NCBI GenBank assembly: GCA_036388595.1
Contig: DASVRN010000269.1
Coordinates: 1,628-65,627, forward strand
Direction: 5' to 3'
Length of the DNA stretch: 64,000 nucleotides
DNA from: Chloroflexia bacterium
Lineage (GTDB): Bacteria > Chloroflexota > Chloroflexia > QHBQ01 > JADMIH01
Positions 24,373 through 33,987 of the stretch are shown here, one piece after another. Positions within the stretch are counted from its first letter, which is position 1; every line of letters begins with the position of its first letter. The position numbers and the translations under genes are program-made. The notes under the pieces were generated by a model that did not search any database, had not been told where the DNA came from, and saw only the letters and a program-made list of their open reading frames with translations.

Positions 24373-26823
24373 CTACTTGGTGGCGGCCGCGCTAGCCCCG
24401 GTGAAGGGGCCGATGGCCTGTGCCAGCATCTTGGAGATCTGCCCGCGTGTCACGTCCCTGTTGGGGCGGAAGTAAGGCTTGTTGCCCGCACCGCAAGGCT
24501 CGCCCGCACCACCGCAGGCGTAGCCTCCGATGATGCCCCGGCGGGCCGACTCCTCAACGAAGCCGAAGAGCGGGCTGTTAGCGGGCACGTCCTCGAATGT
24601 GGGCGAGCCGGGCCTGTATTCGCTCCAGCCACGCGACAGCACGATCATCTTGGCGGTCTGCGCGCGAGTTACGTTGTTATTGGGCCGGAAGTAGTTGCGC
24701 CCCGAGCCGTCGCACGGCTCGTTGGGGAGGCCACACTGGTATCCGCTGATGATGCCCCTGGCCGCCGCCGTCTCCACGAAGGTGTAGAGGGGGGAACTCG
24801 CGGGCACGTCCATGAAGCTGGGCGCGCGAGGGTTCACCAGGGTACCGCCCGCGCCGAGCACCACCATCTTGCTGAGTTGCGCCCTGGTAGCCGTCGCGCC
24901 AGGCCTGAAATGTATGGTGCTATCGGGCTGGCCGTAGCCGTTGATGATGTTGCGGGCCGCGAGGTTCGCTATGTCGTTCGCGAACGGGTTGTTCGTCGGC
25001 ACGTCGGTGAAGATCGTGCTAGCCGAGCCATGGTCGATACGCACGGGCAAGAGACTGTAAAACTGGCTCGTGTTGGTCCCATCGCTGGCAACGGCATACA
25101 CCCAGTAGTCGGTGCCGTTCGGCAAGCCGCTCGTATTCCAGCCCGCCTGGCCCTGGTCGATAGGCACGTTGGCGGCGATAAGCTGGCCGTTGAAGCCCGA
25201 GTTGTTGGTGTCGTAATAGAGACTCACGGTGGCGTTGCTACTGCCCTGCACCTTGCCCCAGCGCACGAGCGTGGCGTTGTTCGCGAAAGGCTGCGACATC
25301 AGGTGGGCGCTCTGGACGCGGAAGAAGGGCAGGTTCACGGGAGGCTGCTTCTGATCGTCCTCTTCATGCGGGTCCAGGCGGAAGACCCTTATAGGACCCG
25401 ACCAGCCGTAAGAGGGCGCTCCAGGGATCTTCGGGATAGTCGCCAGGTCCACGGACATCGGTATCCAGCGGTTGTACTGGGCGTACATGCCCTCGGTTTG
25501 CACCCACTCCGACCCTGAACCCTGGTTCCAGGTAAAACGCGGGCCGAGATTGCCCTTGGAGCCGGGGTGCTGGCTGGGAGCCTGTAACCACAGTTTCACC
25601 GTCATATAACGGTAGCGGCTGGCGTCCACACTGCCACGGTCCTGCCCGTTGTAAGGGTAGAGCCAGTAGATAGAGGGGTCCTCCACCGTGGTGCCCGGCA
25701 GCGTCCTGGAAGTAGCCTGTAGATACTCGCCGTTAAAGGTAGGAGGGCCTGTGAGGTTCTCGTATAGCTGCAACTGGTTGGGGTTGGCGCCGTCCCAGAT
25801 CTGGCCCAGCCGGGCCGCCGCGAAGTCCTCGCCGCTCAGGGGGCCGGGGGCCAACACCTGGACTACGGGCGCGGTATTTACCGTGATGGGGCCGGTGGTG
25901 CTCCACTGGCCGTTTTGCTCCCCGTGGATGTAGTACGTGCCGGGGGCCACACCTGTGCGGTTCCAGGTCCAGCTACCCGCTGTGGCGCTGGTGCTGCCTA
26001 TCTGCATCTCCCTCGCATTGTGGTCGGGGGTCAGACCGAGGTAGAAATTGACCGTCGAGCTACCGTCGGGGCGGAAGGTCACATTGACGGGGGTGGAAGT
26101 ATCGGGAGCCATACGCACCCAGTCGAACTTTACGTTGTTGCCGTACATGTTCCACGGAGCGTCCATGCGGATACCCGCCACCGTGCCGAGGTTCGCCCAG
26201 TTCTGGGGTTCCGCGTTCAGGTTGGCCTCATAAATGTGCCAGCCTTGCTGCACGGTTATGAAGTCTTTGAGGTTGCAATTGCTACAGGGGGCACGCTCAC
26301 CGGGGTTCTTGAACCACCAGAGCATCATGCGCCCGGCCTGCTCGGAGTACATCCTGAAAACGAGGCGGGTGTATCGCTGGGTGGGCACGGGGTAGTTGCG
26401 GCCGTCCTTTTCGCCCATGTAGGAGAAGGTGGTGGCGAAGTTCTGCTCCACCAGCATCACGAACATTTCGGGGTTGCTTGAGGAGCCGGTGGTGGTCGCG
26501 CTCCAGATGCCGTTGCTGAGTGTAGGTTGGGTGAAGTTGTGCGGATAATCGAGGTCGTCGGGGTTGTTCATGTCCCACGGGTCGCCCTGCACCTGGGTGG
26601 CATAGTCGTCGGACTCGGGTATGGTAACGGCGCCAGGCCCAGTCAGCGTGAAGTTGCCGCCTGTGGGGTTGTTGGCGTTCTCCTCCGCCTGGGAGGCTTC
26701 TTGACCAAGGGCTGACCCGGATGCCGAGCTACCAGGAAAGAAGGCCGCGGGCAGGAGGACTAGCGCCGCCAGGACCAGCGCGCCGAGTTTGCCAATGCCA
26801 TTGATTCGTGCTGAATGCATCAT
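24373..26823 (-). CDS. Secreted 816-aa protein with N-terminal signal peptide, large W/N/G/T-rich beta-type domain and three C-terminal SLH (S-layer homology) domains; candidate S-layer (glyco)protein
   Basis: Signal MMHSARINGIGKLGALVLAALVLLPAAF; three SLH repeats FTDVPTNNPFANDIANLAARNIINGY...TRAQLSKMVV / FMDVPASSPLYTFVETAAARGIISGY...TRAQTAKMIV / FEDVPANSPLFGFVEESARRGIIGGY...TRGQISKMLA. Confidence 0.75.
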   Translation of the reverse strand: MMHSARINGIGKLGALVLAALVLLPAAFFPGSSASGSALGQEASQAEENANNPTGGNFTLTGPGAVTIPESDDYATQVQGDPWDMNNPDDLDYPHNFTQPTLSNGIWSATTTGSSSNPEMFVMLVEQNFATTFSYMGEKDGRNYPVPTQRYTRLVFRMYSEQAGRMMLWWFKNPGERAPCSNCNLKDFITVQQGWHIYEANLNAEPQNWANLGTVAGIRMDAPWNMYGNNVKFDWVRMAPDTSTPVNVTFRPDGSSTVNFYLGLTPDHNAREMQIGSTSATAGSWTWNRTGVAPGTYYIHGEQNGQWSTTGPITVNTAPVVQVLAPGPLSGEDFAAARLGQIWDGANPNQLQLYENLTGPPTFNGEYLQATSRTLPGTTVEDPSIYWLYPYNGQDRGSVDASRYRYMTVKLWLQAPSQHPGSKGNLGPRFTWNQGSGSEWVQTEGMYAQYNRWIPMSVDLATIPKIPGAPSYGWSGPIRVFRLDPHEEDDQKQPPVNLPFFRVQSAHLMSQPFANNATLVRWGKVQGSSNATVSLYYDTNNSGFNGQLIAANVPIDQGQAGWNTSGLPNGTDYWVYAVASDGTNTSQFYSLLPVRIDHGSASTIFTDVPTNNPFANDIANLAARNIINGYGQPDSTIHFRPGATATRAQLSKMVVLGAGGTLVNPRAPSFMDVPASSPLYTFVETAAARGIISGYQCGLPNEPCDGSGRNYFRPNNNVTRAQTAKMIVLSRGWSEYRPGSPTFEDVPANSPLFGFVEESARRGIIGGYACGGAGEPCGAGNKPYFRPNRDVTRGQISKMLAQAIGPFTGASAAATK

Positions 26824-27015
26824 ATTTTGAGTGAGTTCCTTTCAAAAGGTGCTTATCGCGCCCGTGTATAGGTGTGCCTTTCTCTAGATTGGCTGTATGG
26901 TCAAGTTAAGTTTACCAGTATGGTGGGTAATAAGCCAGTGCTAAAGGGGCTACGGCTGTCGGACAATGGTCTTGGCGGGCACCCGGACTTAAGGGCTAGT
27001 AGCACATGTAGGCTG

Positions 27016-28233
27016 TCAGGCGGCCCGGACTTCGCGGTACAACGCCTCAATCCGGCCAATTAGGTCGGCTTCGGAGTAGCGTGCCAGCGTGTCGCGGCCG
27101 CCTTCAACGAGCCGCATGCGCAGACCCGGCTCGGACAGCAGGCGAACTATGGCCTGGGCGAGCGCATGGGGGCTTTCAGGCTCAACCAGCAGGCCGTTCA
27201 CCTCGTGCCGCACCATCTCTCTGACCACGGGCAGGTCGGTAGCGATTACGGGACAACCCGCCGACATGGCCTCCAGGGGTGGCAGGCCGAAGCTCTCATA
27301 GCGGGTGGGGTAGACCAAACAGTCGGCCGAGCGCATGAGCCGCACCTTGCTCTCCTCGTCCACCTTCCCCAGCAGGACCAGGTTGTCGATGCTGCCGTTC
27401 TCGCGGCAAATGGCCTCCAGGTGCCCTGCCCTGGCGGGGTTTTGCCCGGCAAAGAGGAATGTAGTCGTGGGGCACCTGTCGAGCACCAGTGGCATAGCGT
27501 GGGCCAGGGTGTCGTAGCCCTTACGCTCCTTCAACTGGCCCAGGAAGAGTACGTGCGGCGACGGGTAGCCCGCAGACATAGACTCGCTGTACGGCACCGA
27601 TTCTATATAGGGCACGTCCACCCACAGCGGGATCATGGTTATCTTGCGCTCTCCCATACCGAGACGCTTGAGCACGCCTACCTCGTGCAGGGAAAGCGCA
27701 ATAAGGCGGTCGGCGGCGCGCAAGGGGAAGTGCATGCAGAAATTCTGCCATATAGAGAGCGGCTTCTTACCTTTCGATTTCACAAGCTCTCTAACGAGGC
27801 GTGCCGGGGTGTAGATCAGCCGTCCGGGGTACATCTTGCCGCTATAGGGGCGCTCGCGGTCGTCCACAAGGTAGGGGTCGTGGAAAGGCCCGACCACGGT
27901 AAACACGGCGGGCCGCCGCGCCGATTTGGCCCAGAGCGCCGCCTGCCAGTTAAGGGCGTTTCGCAGGTGGAACAGGTGCACCACGTCAGGGCGGAACGCG
28001 GTCAGCGCGGGGAGCAAGCTAGGTGCCAGCCAGGCTTTGTTCACGCGCACCCTGTGGACTTCGATGCCGTCCACGTTCTCGCGAGCTTCGGCGGTGATTT
28101 CCGAGTCTTCCTCGCGCAGGGTGAAGGCCGCTACGGTGTGGCCTCTAGCGACGAGGGCGCGCCCAAGCACCGCCTCCGGCCACTGGCGGAACTGCCGCGT
28201 CACCCCGGTGGTCGTGACAATCGCTACTCGCAT
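27016..28233 (-). CDS. GT4-family glycosyltransferase
   Basis: MRVAIVTTTGV N-domain; YESFGLPPLEAMSAGCPVIATDLPVVREMV. Confidence 0.75.
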   Translation of the reverse strand: MRVAIVTTTGVTRQFRQWPEAVLGRALVARGHTVAAFTLREEDSEITAEARENVDGIEVHRVRVNKAWLAPSLLPALTAFRPDVVHLFHLRNALNWQAALWAKSARRPAVFTVVGPFHDPYLVDDRERPYSGKMYPGRLIYTPARLVRELVKSKGKKPLSIWQNFCMHFPLRAADRLIALSLHEVGVLKRLGMGERKITMIPLWVDVPYIESVPYSESMSAGYPSPHVLFLGQLKERKGYDTLAHAMPLVLDRCPTTTFLFAGQNPARAGHLEAICRENGSIDNLVLLGKVDEESKVRLMRSADCLVYPTRYESFGLPPLEAMSAGCPVIATDLPVVREMVRHEVNGLLVEPESPHALAQAIVRLLSEPGLRMRLVEGGRDTLARYSEADLIGRIEALYREVRAA

Positions 28234-29829
28234 CTACAGGTACCTCAGCACGACGTTTGCGAAGGGGACGCGCAGGCTGGAGAAGCGCGTTTTGTCCTCC
28301 TGGTCCATGCCCCCAAGCAGTCTGAACATCACGTAGAAGACCAGCGCGCCCGTGACGATCATGGCGAGCGTGGGCAGCGGCGTGGGTGGGAGGAACGCCA
28401 GGAACGGCAGCAGTACCGCCCCCATGACTGCCGAGGCAAATCCCACACGCACAAAGAACTCGCCCGGAAATCTCAGCCCCACACTCCGTGTCGCGTAGAC
28501 GAGGGCCACGAGCCTGGAGGAGAGGGCCGCTACGGAGGCGGCGATGGCGGCCCCCGTAACTCCAATCGTGGGCACAAGTACGAGCACAACCGGTATGCTG
28601 GAGAGGGCGAAGAGCCTGGCTGTAATCACCGCCCGGTAATCTTCGTGCACCATCAGCACGTTCAACACCACGCTGATTATCGCCTCCCCAAACAGGCCCA
28701 CGGTCAGTATCACCACGCAGGCTACTGCGGCGGGCATCTTGGGTTCGGTGAGTACCGCGTCCGAACCAACCTGGAGAAAGAACACGCTCAATAGGTTGCG
28801 GGCTGTCAGAATCAGGCCGACGCCTGCGGGCAGCAGGGCGAGAATGAGAAACTTCGTCAGGGTGGCGTAAGCGGTGCGCAGACCGTCCATACGGCCCTCT
28901 GCGTATAAGCGGGCGAACAGGGGCGTCTGCACGCCCGTCAGGGGCACCACGAGCGACCGGAGAAACTGCTTGGTGACCCGGTATGCAAGCCCGAGGATGG
29001 CGATCTGCACCTTCTCGGCGTCCTCCGCCACCACAATCAGGGTGATCATGATAGTGAAGAAAGGCAGGTCGTACAGGTTGACCGACCAGTTTATCAGGTA
29101 GTTCAGCCCGGCGAAGCCGACAATGCGGTCGCGGAGGGACCTGGTGGACGGGCGTTTCACATCGGCTGCCTTCGGGTGCGGCTCGGCATCGAGGGAAGCG
29201 AGCATCGCCCAGGCCTGCCACACGGATAGCACCACCGACACGACGGTAGTAATAAGCAGGGCGAGCATCATGCCCAGGGCACCCCATTCCAGGGCGACGA
29301 ATATGGAACTCAGCACGGGGAGGGCAACGCTGGCGAGCACATCCAGGGCGTTGGTAATTTTCTGCCGGAAGTGCGTGTACAGTAGCTGTATGGTTACATC
29401 AGACATCGCGCCGAGGGCCAACAGCACGCCGATCATGAGCAGGAACCAGACACCCTGCTCGCCCAGGTTAAACCAGGATATCCAGAAGTTGGGAGCGGCA
29501 GCGAGGGCCAGTATCAGCACGAGCAGCACCGCGCCCTTGATGGCACTTATCCACAGGAGCAGCCGCAGGATGCCCCGGCGGCCGTAGCGCATCTCGATTT
29601 CAGGGTAGAAGCGCGGCAGGGTGCGCTCGATGCCGAGGTCCACCACCAGCCCAAACCCGTTAAGCAGGGAAGTCACCACGAGATACAGCGCCCAGCCCTC
29701 GGTCCTGAGCAGGCGCACGGTGATGATGCTCGCGCCAAACGCCACCAGCACCTTCAGAGGGAAGAAGGCGGCGTTCCAGAAGGCGGCCAGACCGGCTCGT
29801 TCGACTAGTGGTTTGGTGTCCCTGCTCAA
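28234..29829 (-). CDS. Wzx-like oligosaccharide/polysaccharide flippase (MOP superfamily, polysaccharide biosynthesis protein)
   Basis: 531 aa, about 14 predicted TM segments in two halves; the N-terminal amphipathic region FWNAAFFPLKVLVAFGASIITVRLL is typical of PF01943/PF13440 proteins; it abuts the downstream GT4. Confidence 0.6.
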   Translation of the reverse strand: MSRDTKPLVERAGLAAFWNAAFFPLKVLVAFGASIITVRLLRTEGWALYLVVTSLLNGFGLVVDLGIERTLPRFYPEIEMRYGRRGILRLLLWISAIKGAVLLVLILALAAAPNFWISWFNLGEQGVWFLLMIGVLLALGAMSDVTIQLLYTHFRQKITNALDVLASVALPVLSSIFVALEWGALGMMLALLITTVVSVVLSVWQAWAMLASLDAEPHPKAADVKRPSTRSLRDRIVGFAGLNYLINWSVNLYDLPFFTIMITLIVVAEDAEKVQIAILGLAYRVTKQFLRSLVVPLTGVQTPLFARLYAEGRMDGLRTAYATLTKFLILALLPAGVGLILTARNLLSVFFLQVGSDAVLTEPKMPAAVACVVILTVGLFGEAIISVVLNVLMVHEDYRAVITARLFALSSIPVVLVLVPTIGVTGAAIAASVAALSSRLVALVYATRSVGLRFPGEFFVRVGFASAVMGAVLLPFLAFLPPTPLPTLAMIVTGALVFYVMFRLLGGMDQEDKTRFSSLRVPFANVVLRYL

Positions 29830-29905
29830 AGTGCGGTGCCAGGGCTAATGCTTGCCAAATGACGGGCCAAGCTCAAAATGCGTGCCATTGAGAGACTACC
29901 GGGGG

Positions 29906-32698
29906 TCATGGGGCAGGCTCCACGCGCAAGGCGTCAATCTGCACCCCAAGCGCGCGAGGGTCGTTGCCAAGTCCAGCGGGCCGCCCGGACCATGTAGGCG
30001 TGAATACGTGCAGCAGGCCGGTAGCCGGATCGCTCTCTGTCTTGGGGGTGCCCGGCGGTACGGTGAAGGTGTACTCCCTGAAATCGGTACCCGGCTCCAC
30101 CACGACCTGCCCTATCTGAGTGTCATCCAAAGCCACCGTGATTGTCAAGGGTTCGGTCCGTAGCACCGGGCTACCTTCCACAGGCGTCTCGGGCCGCATG
30201 CTCAGGGTGACACGTGTGCCCTGGTAGGTGGCTGCGCCGGGTGTCCCGGGTATAGGCACTCGCAGGACGGCATGGCCCCCGGTCCAGCGCCAGAAACTCT
30301 CTCCTCCGTCGCTGGTCTCCTGCTTGTTGAAGCCCGCCACCAGCCACGGGTAGTCCATCTCGCCAACGTCCAGCGAGAAGGGCAGTGCGGAAGGTTGGGG
30401 GGCGGCGGGTTCGACCCTGTAGATGCCCCACGGCAGGTAGGCCCGCGAGACGTTGGTGGGCTTCTGGTAGTACAACTGCTCGAACTCGTCAACGTCGTAC
30501 TCCCAGCTACCGACCTCCCGCAGCGATAGGTCAGTGAAGTGGGCCTTGCCGCCGTTCACGCCCATCATCATGTAGACTTCCCACCCCTCCGACTGCCACC
30601 GCTTAATTATTTGCTGCACTATGTCGCTGCGCAGGTTCGGGTACTCGCGCACGAGGACAAAGCTCTCAATGCCATAGATAAAGTGCAACGGGGTGGAAAT
30701 GAGGTACGGTTCGTCGCGCCCGTCGCTGAACAGCACCACGGTCTTGCCGGGGTTTGGGAAGCGGGAGGCGAGGTCGTTCAGTTGCGCCACCGCGCCGCGC
30801 TCCTCGACGTGAGGTATGATGGCCCGCGACGTGTAGATGTAGAACACGCCCAGCCCCAGGACTATCACACCCGCGAGGGCCGCACCCACCACCCTGGGAC
30901 GAACACGGGACCATAGCCACTGGCAAAACCAGGCCACCCCCAGCAGCAGCGCGGGGAGAATTATCGGCACGTAGCGGCGCATGGTGTAGATGAAGTGAGC
31001 GTCGGTGTAGGTCTCCTGCACGAAGACGAAGCTCAGGATGAGGAGCATCGCGAAGAAGAGTCCAGTGGCGGCGTTGAGGCGGGTCCAAATCCAGCGCAAC
31101 AGGCCAGGGATCGCCAGCAGCATAGCAAGGGGCGACAGGTACCAGCCGATGCGCAGCAGGTTGTAACGGCTGCCCTGGTCTACGGGTGCCCCTATGTAGC
31201 TCTCCCAGGTGGTGTTCACCAGTTGGGGGAGCCTCTCACCCGCGTCCGTGGCGCGCACGTTGGGCAGCCAGGGGCCGACGAGGTAGTTGAAGGCCATGTA
31301 GCCGCCCACCAGGAGCATCAGCGCCCCCGCCCAGAGCCACCTGTACCGGGCCGCCAAGCCCTCCACGCGCAGCCACAGAGGGGCCAGTCGAGGGTGCAGC
31401 CGGTCGAGCGCCACCAGAGCGATAGTGCCCGCGTAGAGCGCCAGCAGCAGCGGTCCCCAGAGCCTGCGGGTCTTCTGTATGACGTTATGGTACAGGTCGA
31501 GCGTGTAGGCGAACCCGTAGACGCTCAGGTGGACCGCGTATATGCCCAGCACTACGGCCAGGCTGCCGAGCAGCCAGGTGTGGGCGCGGTGCCAGCGTCT
31601 CGTCAGCCGCCAGTAGATGAGGTACGCGGGTAGGGGCGCGAGGTAGAAGATGAAATCGGGCCGGGCAAGCGCCATCTCCCCCAGCGACACACCGGCGATA
31701 ATTCCAAACAAGGCTGCCCACACGGTGCGGCCTTCGCTGTCTGCCTGCAACGGCTCCTCGTGAGTCGTTGTTAAGTCAGACGAAACAGGGCCTTCTCTGG
31801 TAAGCTGCACCATCCGCATGAAGGCATAGCACGCGCTGAAAACCAGCACGCCCATGAGCACTTCCGACACCGGGTAGCGCGCGAACCAGATGGTTATCGG
31901 GCAAAGCACCAGCAGCGCCAGCGCGGCCAATGCCGACCCCTGGCTGAACGCACGCCGCGCGAAGAAGTAGACAGCCGCCACACCCAGCATCGCCAGCAGG
32001 GGGTTGGCGTAGAGGCCCCCCCAGATGCCGAACAGGCTGTAGAGCAGCCCTATCCAGACGGGCAGCAAGGAGTAGTGCTGAGGCATCACGAGCGCGGCTT
32101 GCTTGTCGAGCACGTAGAAACCCGCCATGCGCAGGTTAGCCAGAGTGTAGCGGTCGCGGGACATGCCCTGCATTAGCTCGTTTACCTCGCCCTTATCGTT
32201 GTCGAGGTAGCGCATGAGCATATCGCGCTGGAAGATCGTGCCACTGCGAGCGAGCGACACCCCGGCGTTTACGTACACCCCGGAGTCGAGCGCCCCGCGC
32301 AGCATCTCGGCGGGCCGCGAGAACAACCCGGCTGCCACCAGCAAAGTGACAACCAGGCAAGCGGTATGAAGACGAGCGAAACGGCGCTCCTCGGCCCTCT
32401 GGGGTTGCGGCGAAGGAGGCAGCATGAGGCGTACGAGGGATGAGAGACCCTGCCGATAGCCGCCCAGCATCAGGGCCGCAATAAGGCTGAACGCCAGCAA
32501 CAGGGCGAACAGTAACCAGGGCCGGAACATGCCTATCTGCGCGAGTATTAGCCCTACGCCACTCGTCAGCAGGAAACTAACGAGCACAGCCGTGAAGAGC
32601 CATTCGTCGGTGCCAGAGAAGACGTGCCTGCGGGCCGACCGGGCGCCCAAGCAGTTGAGGAGCACGGCCCCCGGCGCGTACAGCAGGAACGCGAGCAC
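29906..32698 (-). CDS. 930-aa polytopic membrane protein with a large C-terminal extracytoplasmic domain; GT-C-fold glycosyltransferase-like (ArnT/PMT-like architecture)
   Basis: Roughly 13 TM in the N-terminal 520 aa, followed by a soluble beta-rich domain; context. Confidence 0.4.
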   Translation of the reverse strand: MLAFLLYAPGAVLLNCLGARSARRHVFSGTDEWLFTAVLVSFLLTSGVGLILAQIGMFRPWLLFALLLAFSLIAALMLGGYRQGLSSLVRLMLPPSPQPQRAEERRFARLHTACLVVTLLVAAGLFSRPAEMLRGALDSGVYVNAGVSLARSGTIFQRDMLMRYLDNDKGEVNELMQGMSRDRYTLANLRMAGFYVLDKQAALVMPQHYSLLPVWIGLLYSLFGIWGGLYANPLLAMLGVAAVYFFARRAFSQGSALAALALLVLCPITIWFARYPVSEVLMGVLVFSACYAFMRMVQLTREGPVSSDLTTTHEEPLQADSEGRTVWAALFGIIAGVSLGEMALARPDFIFYLAPLPAYLIYWRLTRRWHRAHTWLLGSLAVVLGIYAVHLSVYGFAYTLDLYHNVIQKTRRLWGPLLLALYAGTIALVALDRLHPRLAPLWLRVEGLAARYRWLWAGALMLLVGGYMAFNYLVGPWLPNVRATDAGERLPQLVNTTWESYIGAPVDQGSRYNLLRIGWYLSPLAMLLAIPGLLRWIWTRLNAATGLFFAMLLILSFVFVQETYTDAHFIYTMRRYVPIILPALLLGVAWFCQWLWSRVRPRVVGAALAGVIVLGLGVFYIYTSRAIIPHVEERGAVAQLNDLASRFPNPGKTVVLFSDGRDEPYLISTPLHFIYGIESFVLVREYPNLRSDIVQQIIKRWQSEGWEVYMMMGVNGGKAHFTDLSLREVGSWEYDVDEFEQLYYQKPTNVSRAYLPWGIYRVEPAAPQPSALPFSLDVGEMDYPWLVAGFNKQETSDGGESFWRWTGGHAVLRVPIPGTPGAATYQGTRVTLSMRPETPVEGSPVLRTEPLTITVALDDTQIGQVVVEPGTDFREYTFTVPPGTPKTESDPATGLLHVFTPTWSGRPAGLGNDPRALGVQIDALRVEPAP

Positions 32699-32742
32699 CG
32701 GGATGCCGACAAGCAGCTTAACTATATCCAGCAGGGACGTAA

Positions 32743-33987
32743 CTAGACCTCCTGAGAGCGGCAGGCGTTCCGCTCGTCAATCAGACGCCGCAGGAGCATC
32801 TCGGTTTGCTCGGCTATGCTCCGCCAGCTAAACTCGGCAGCCACCTTGGCGGCAGCCCGCTCTCCCATGACTCTGCGCTCGGCGGGACTCTGCGCCATCC
32901 GCACAATGTGGGTCGCCAACTGTGCGACGTCGCCGGGGCGCACAAGGTAGCCTGTCTCGCCATCGATTACCTTGTCCGGTATGCCACCTACGGCGCTGGC
33001 TACCACCGGCAGGCGGTGCGACATAGCCTCCAGGGTGACCAGCGAACTGCCCTCATAAAGCGACGGGTGGGCGAACAAGTCCGACATGGCATAGAGGTTG
33101 TGCAGTTCCTTATCTGCGACGGACCCGGCGAGAAACAGGTGGTTATCCAGTCCCAACTCTCTAACGAGGGCCGTGAGTTGAGGTTTCAGGGAGCCTTCAC
33201 CCACGAGTAGCCAGCCCCAACTCTCGCCAATCTGCGGGCGTGCCTCGGCCAGCGCGCGCAGCAGGTACTCGAAGCCCTTGTTCTGCTCCAACCTACCCAC
33301 GCTTATGCCCCTAAGTGTATCATCCCCGGCGGCGAGATGCGGCCATTTTAGCGCGAGTGCCGCTCTCATTTCCTCCGAGGCGTGCGAGTGGATTTCGTCC
33401 AGGTCCACGCCGTTTGGGACGACGACCACCTTCTCCTCGCGCAGGCCCAGCAGAGTCACCAGTTCCGACTTGATGGAACGATCTGTGGCTATGACGGCAT
33501 CCGCTGACCGGCAACCCGATCTCACCCAGGCTCGGAACGGGGCGTAAGCCAGCCTCTTGAGCGGGTGGCGGACCTTGAACTCCTCGAGGCCGTGCGGGTT
33601 GGCTACCAGGGGCACCCCCCAGCGTCCCACACGCCGCACTCCCCAGGCGCAGAGGCCGTGCGCGTACACAGCCGACAGCGAACCGGCCCGCGCCTGCGCG
33701 CTCACCCGCCGCCCCATCTCCTCAACGAAGGAGCTGTAGTTGGTCAGCCGCGCCGGGATGCCGTTGGGAGGCAGGGGAAACCTGCCGTAGCGCACGGTAT
33801 GGACGGCGAGACGACCCTTAGCACCCTCCGTCGCCACAAATGGCATCCCCGCAGGAAAGGCCCGCGTGTAAAGGTCTAAGTCTACGCCACGTTGGAGCAT
33901 ATTGCGTGTCAGGGCCGTGGCCGCGCGCTCCAAACCGCCGTAGCCATGTTGCGGGAAGACGGCACGCACGCAGTTGGCGACTCTCAC
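32743..33987 (-). CDS. GT4-family glycosyltransferase
   Basis: YEGSSLVTLEAMSHRLPVVASAVGGIPDKV E..E motif; GT-B two-domain length. Confidence 0.75.
   Translation of the reverse strand: MRVANCVRAVFPQHGYGGLERAATALTRNMLQRGVDLDLYTRAFPAGMPFVATEGAKGRLAVHTVRYGRFPLPPNGIPARLTNYSSFVEEMGRRVSAQARAGSLSAVYAHGLCAWGVRRVGRWGVPLVANPHGLEEFKVRHPLKRLAYAPFRAWVRSGCRSADAVIATDRSIKSELVTLLGLREEKVVVVPNGVDLDEIHSHASEEMRAALALKWPHLAAGDDTLRGISVGRLEQNKGFEYLLRALAEARPQIGESWGWLLVGEGSLKPQLTALVRELGLDNHLFLAGSVADKELHNLYAMSDLFAHPSLYEGSSLVTLEAMSHRLPVVASAVGGIPDKVIDGETGYLVRPGDVAQLATHIVRMAQSPAERRVMGERAAAKVAAEFSWRSIAEQTEMLLRRLIDERNACRSQEV

Noticed and set aside
27166-28794. 542-aa plus-strand ORF rich in His/Arg/Gln/Gly overlapping the GT4 and flippase genes
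   Set aside because: Low-complexity, no recognisable domains; it is the antisense or alternate frame of two well-supported minus-strand genes in a 65%-GC genome, where long spurious ORFs are expected
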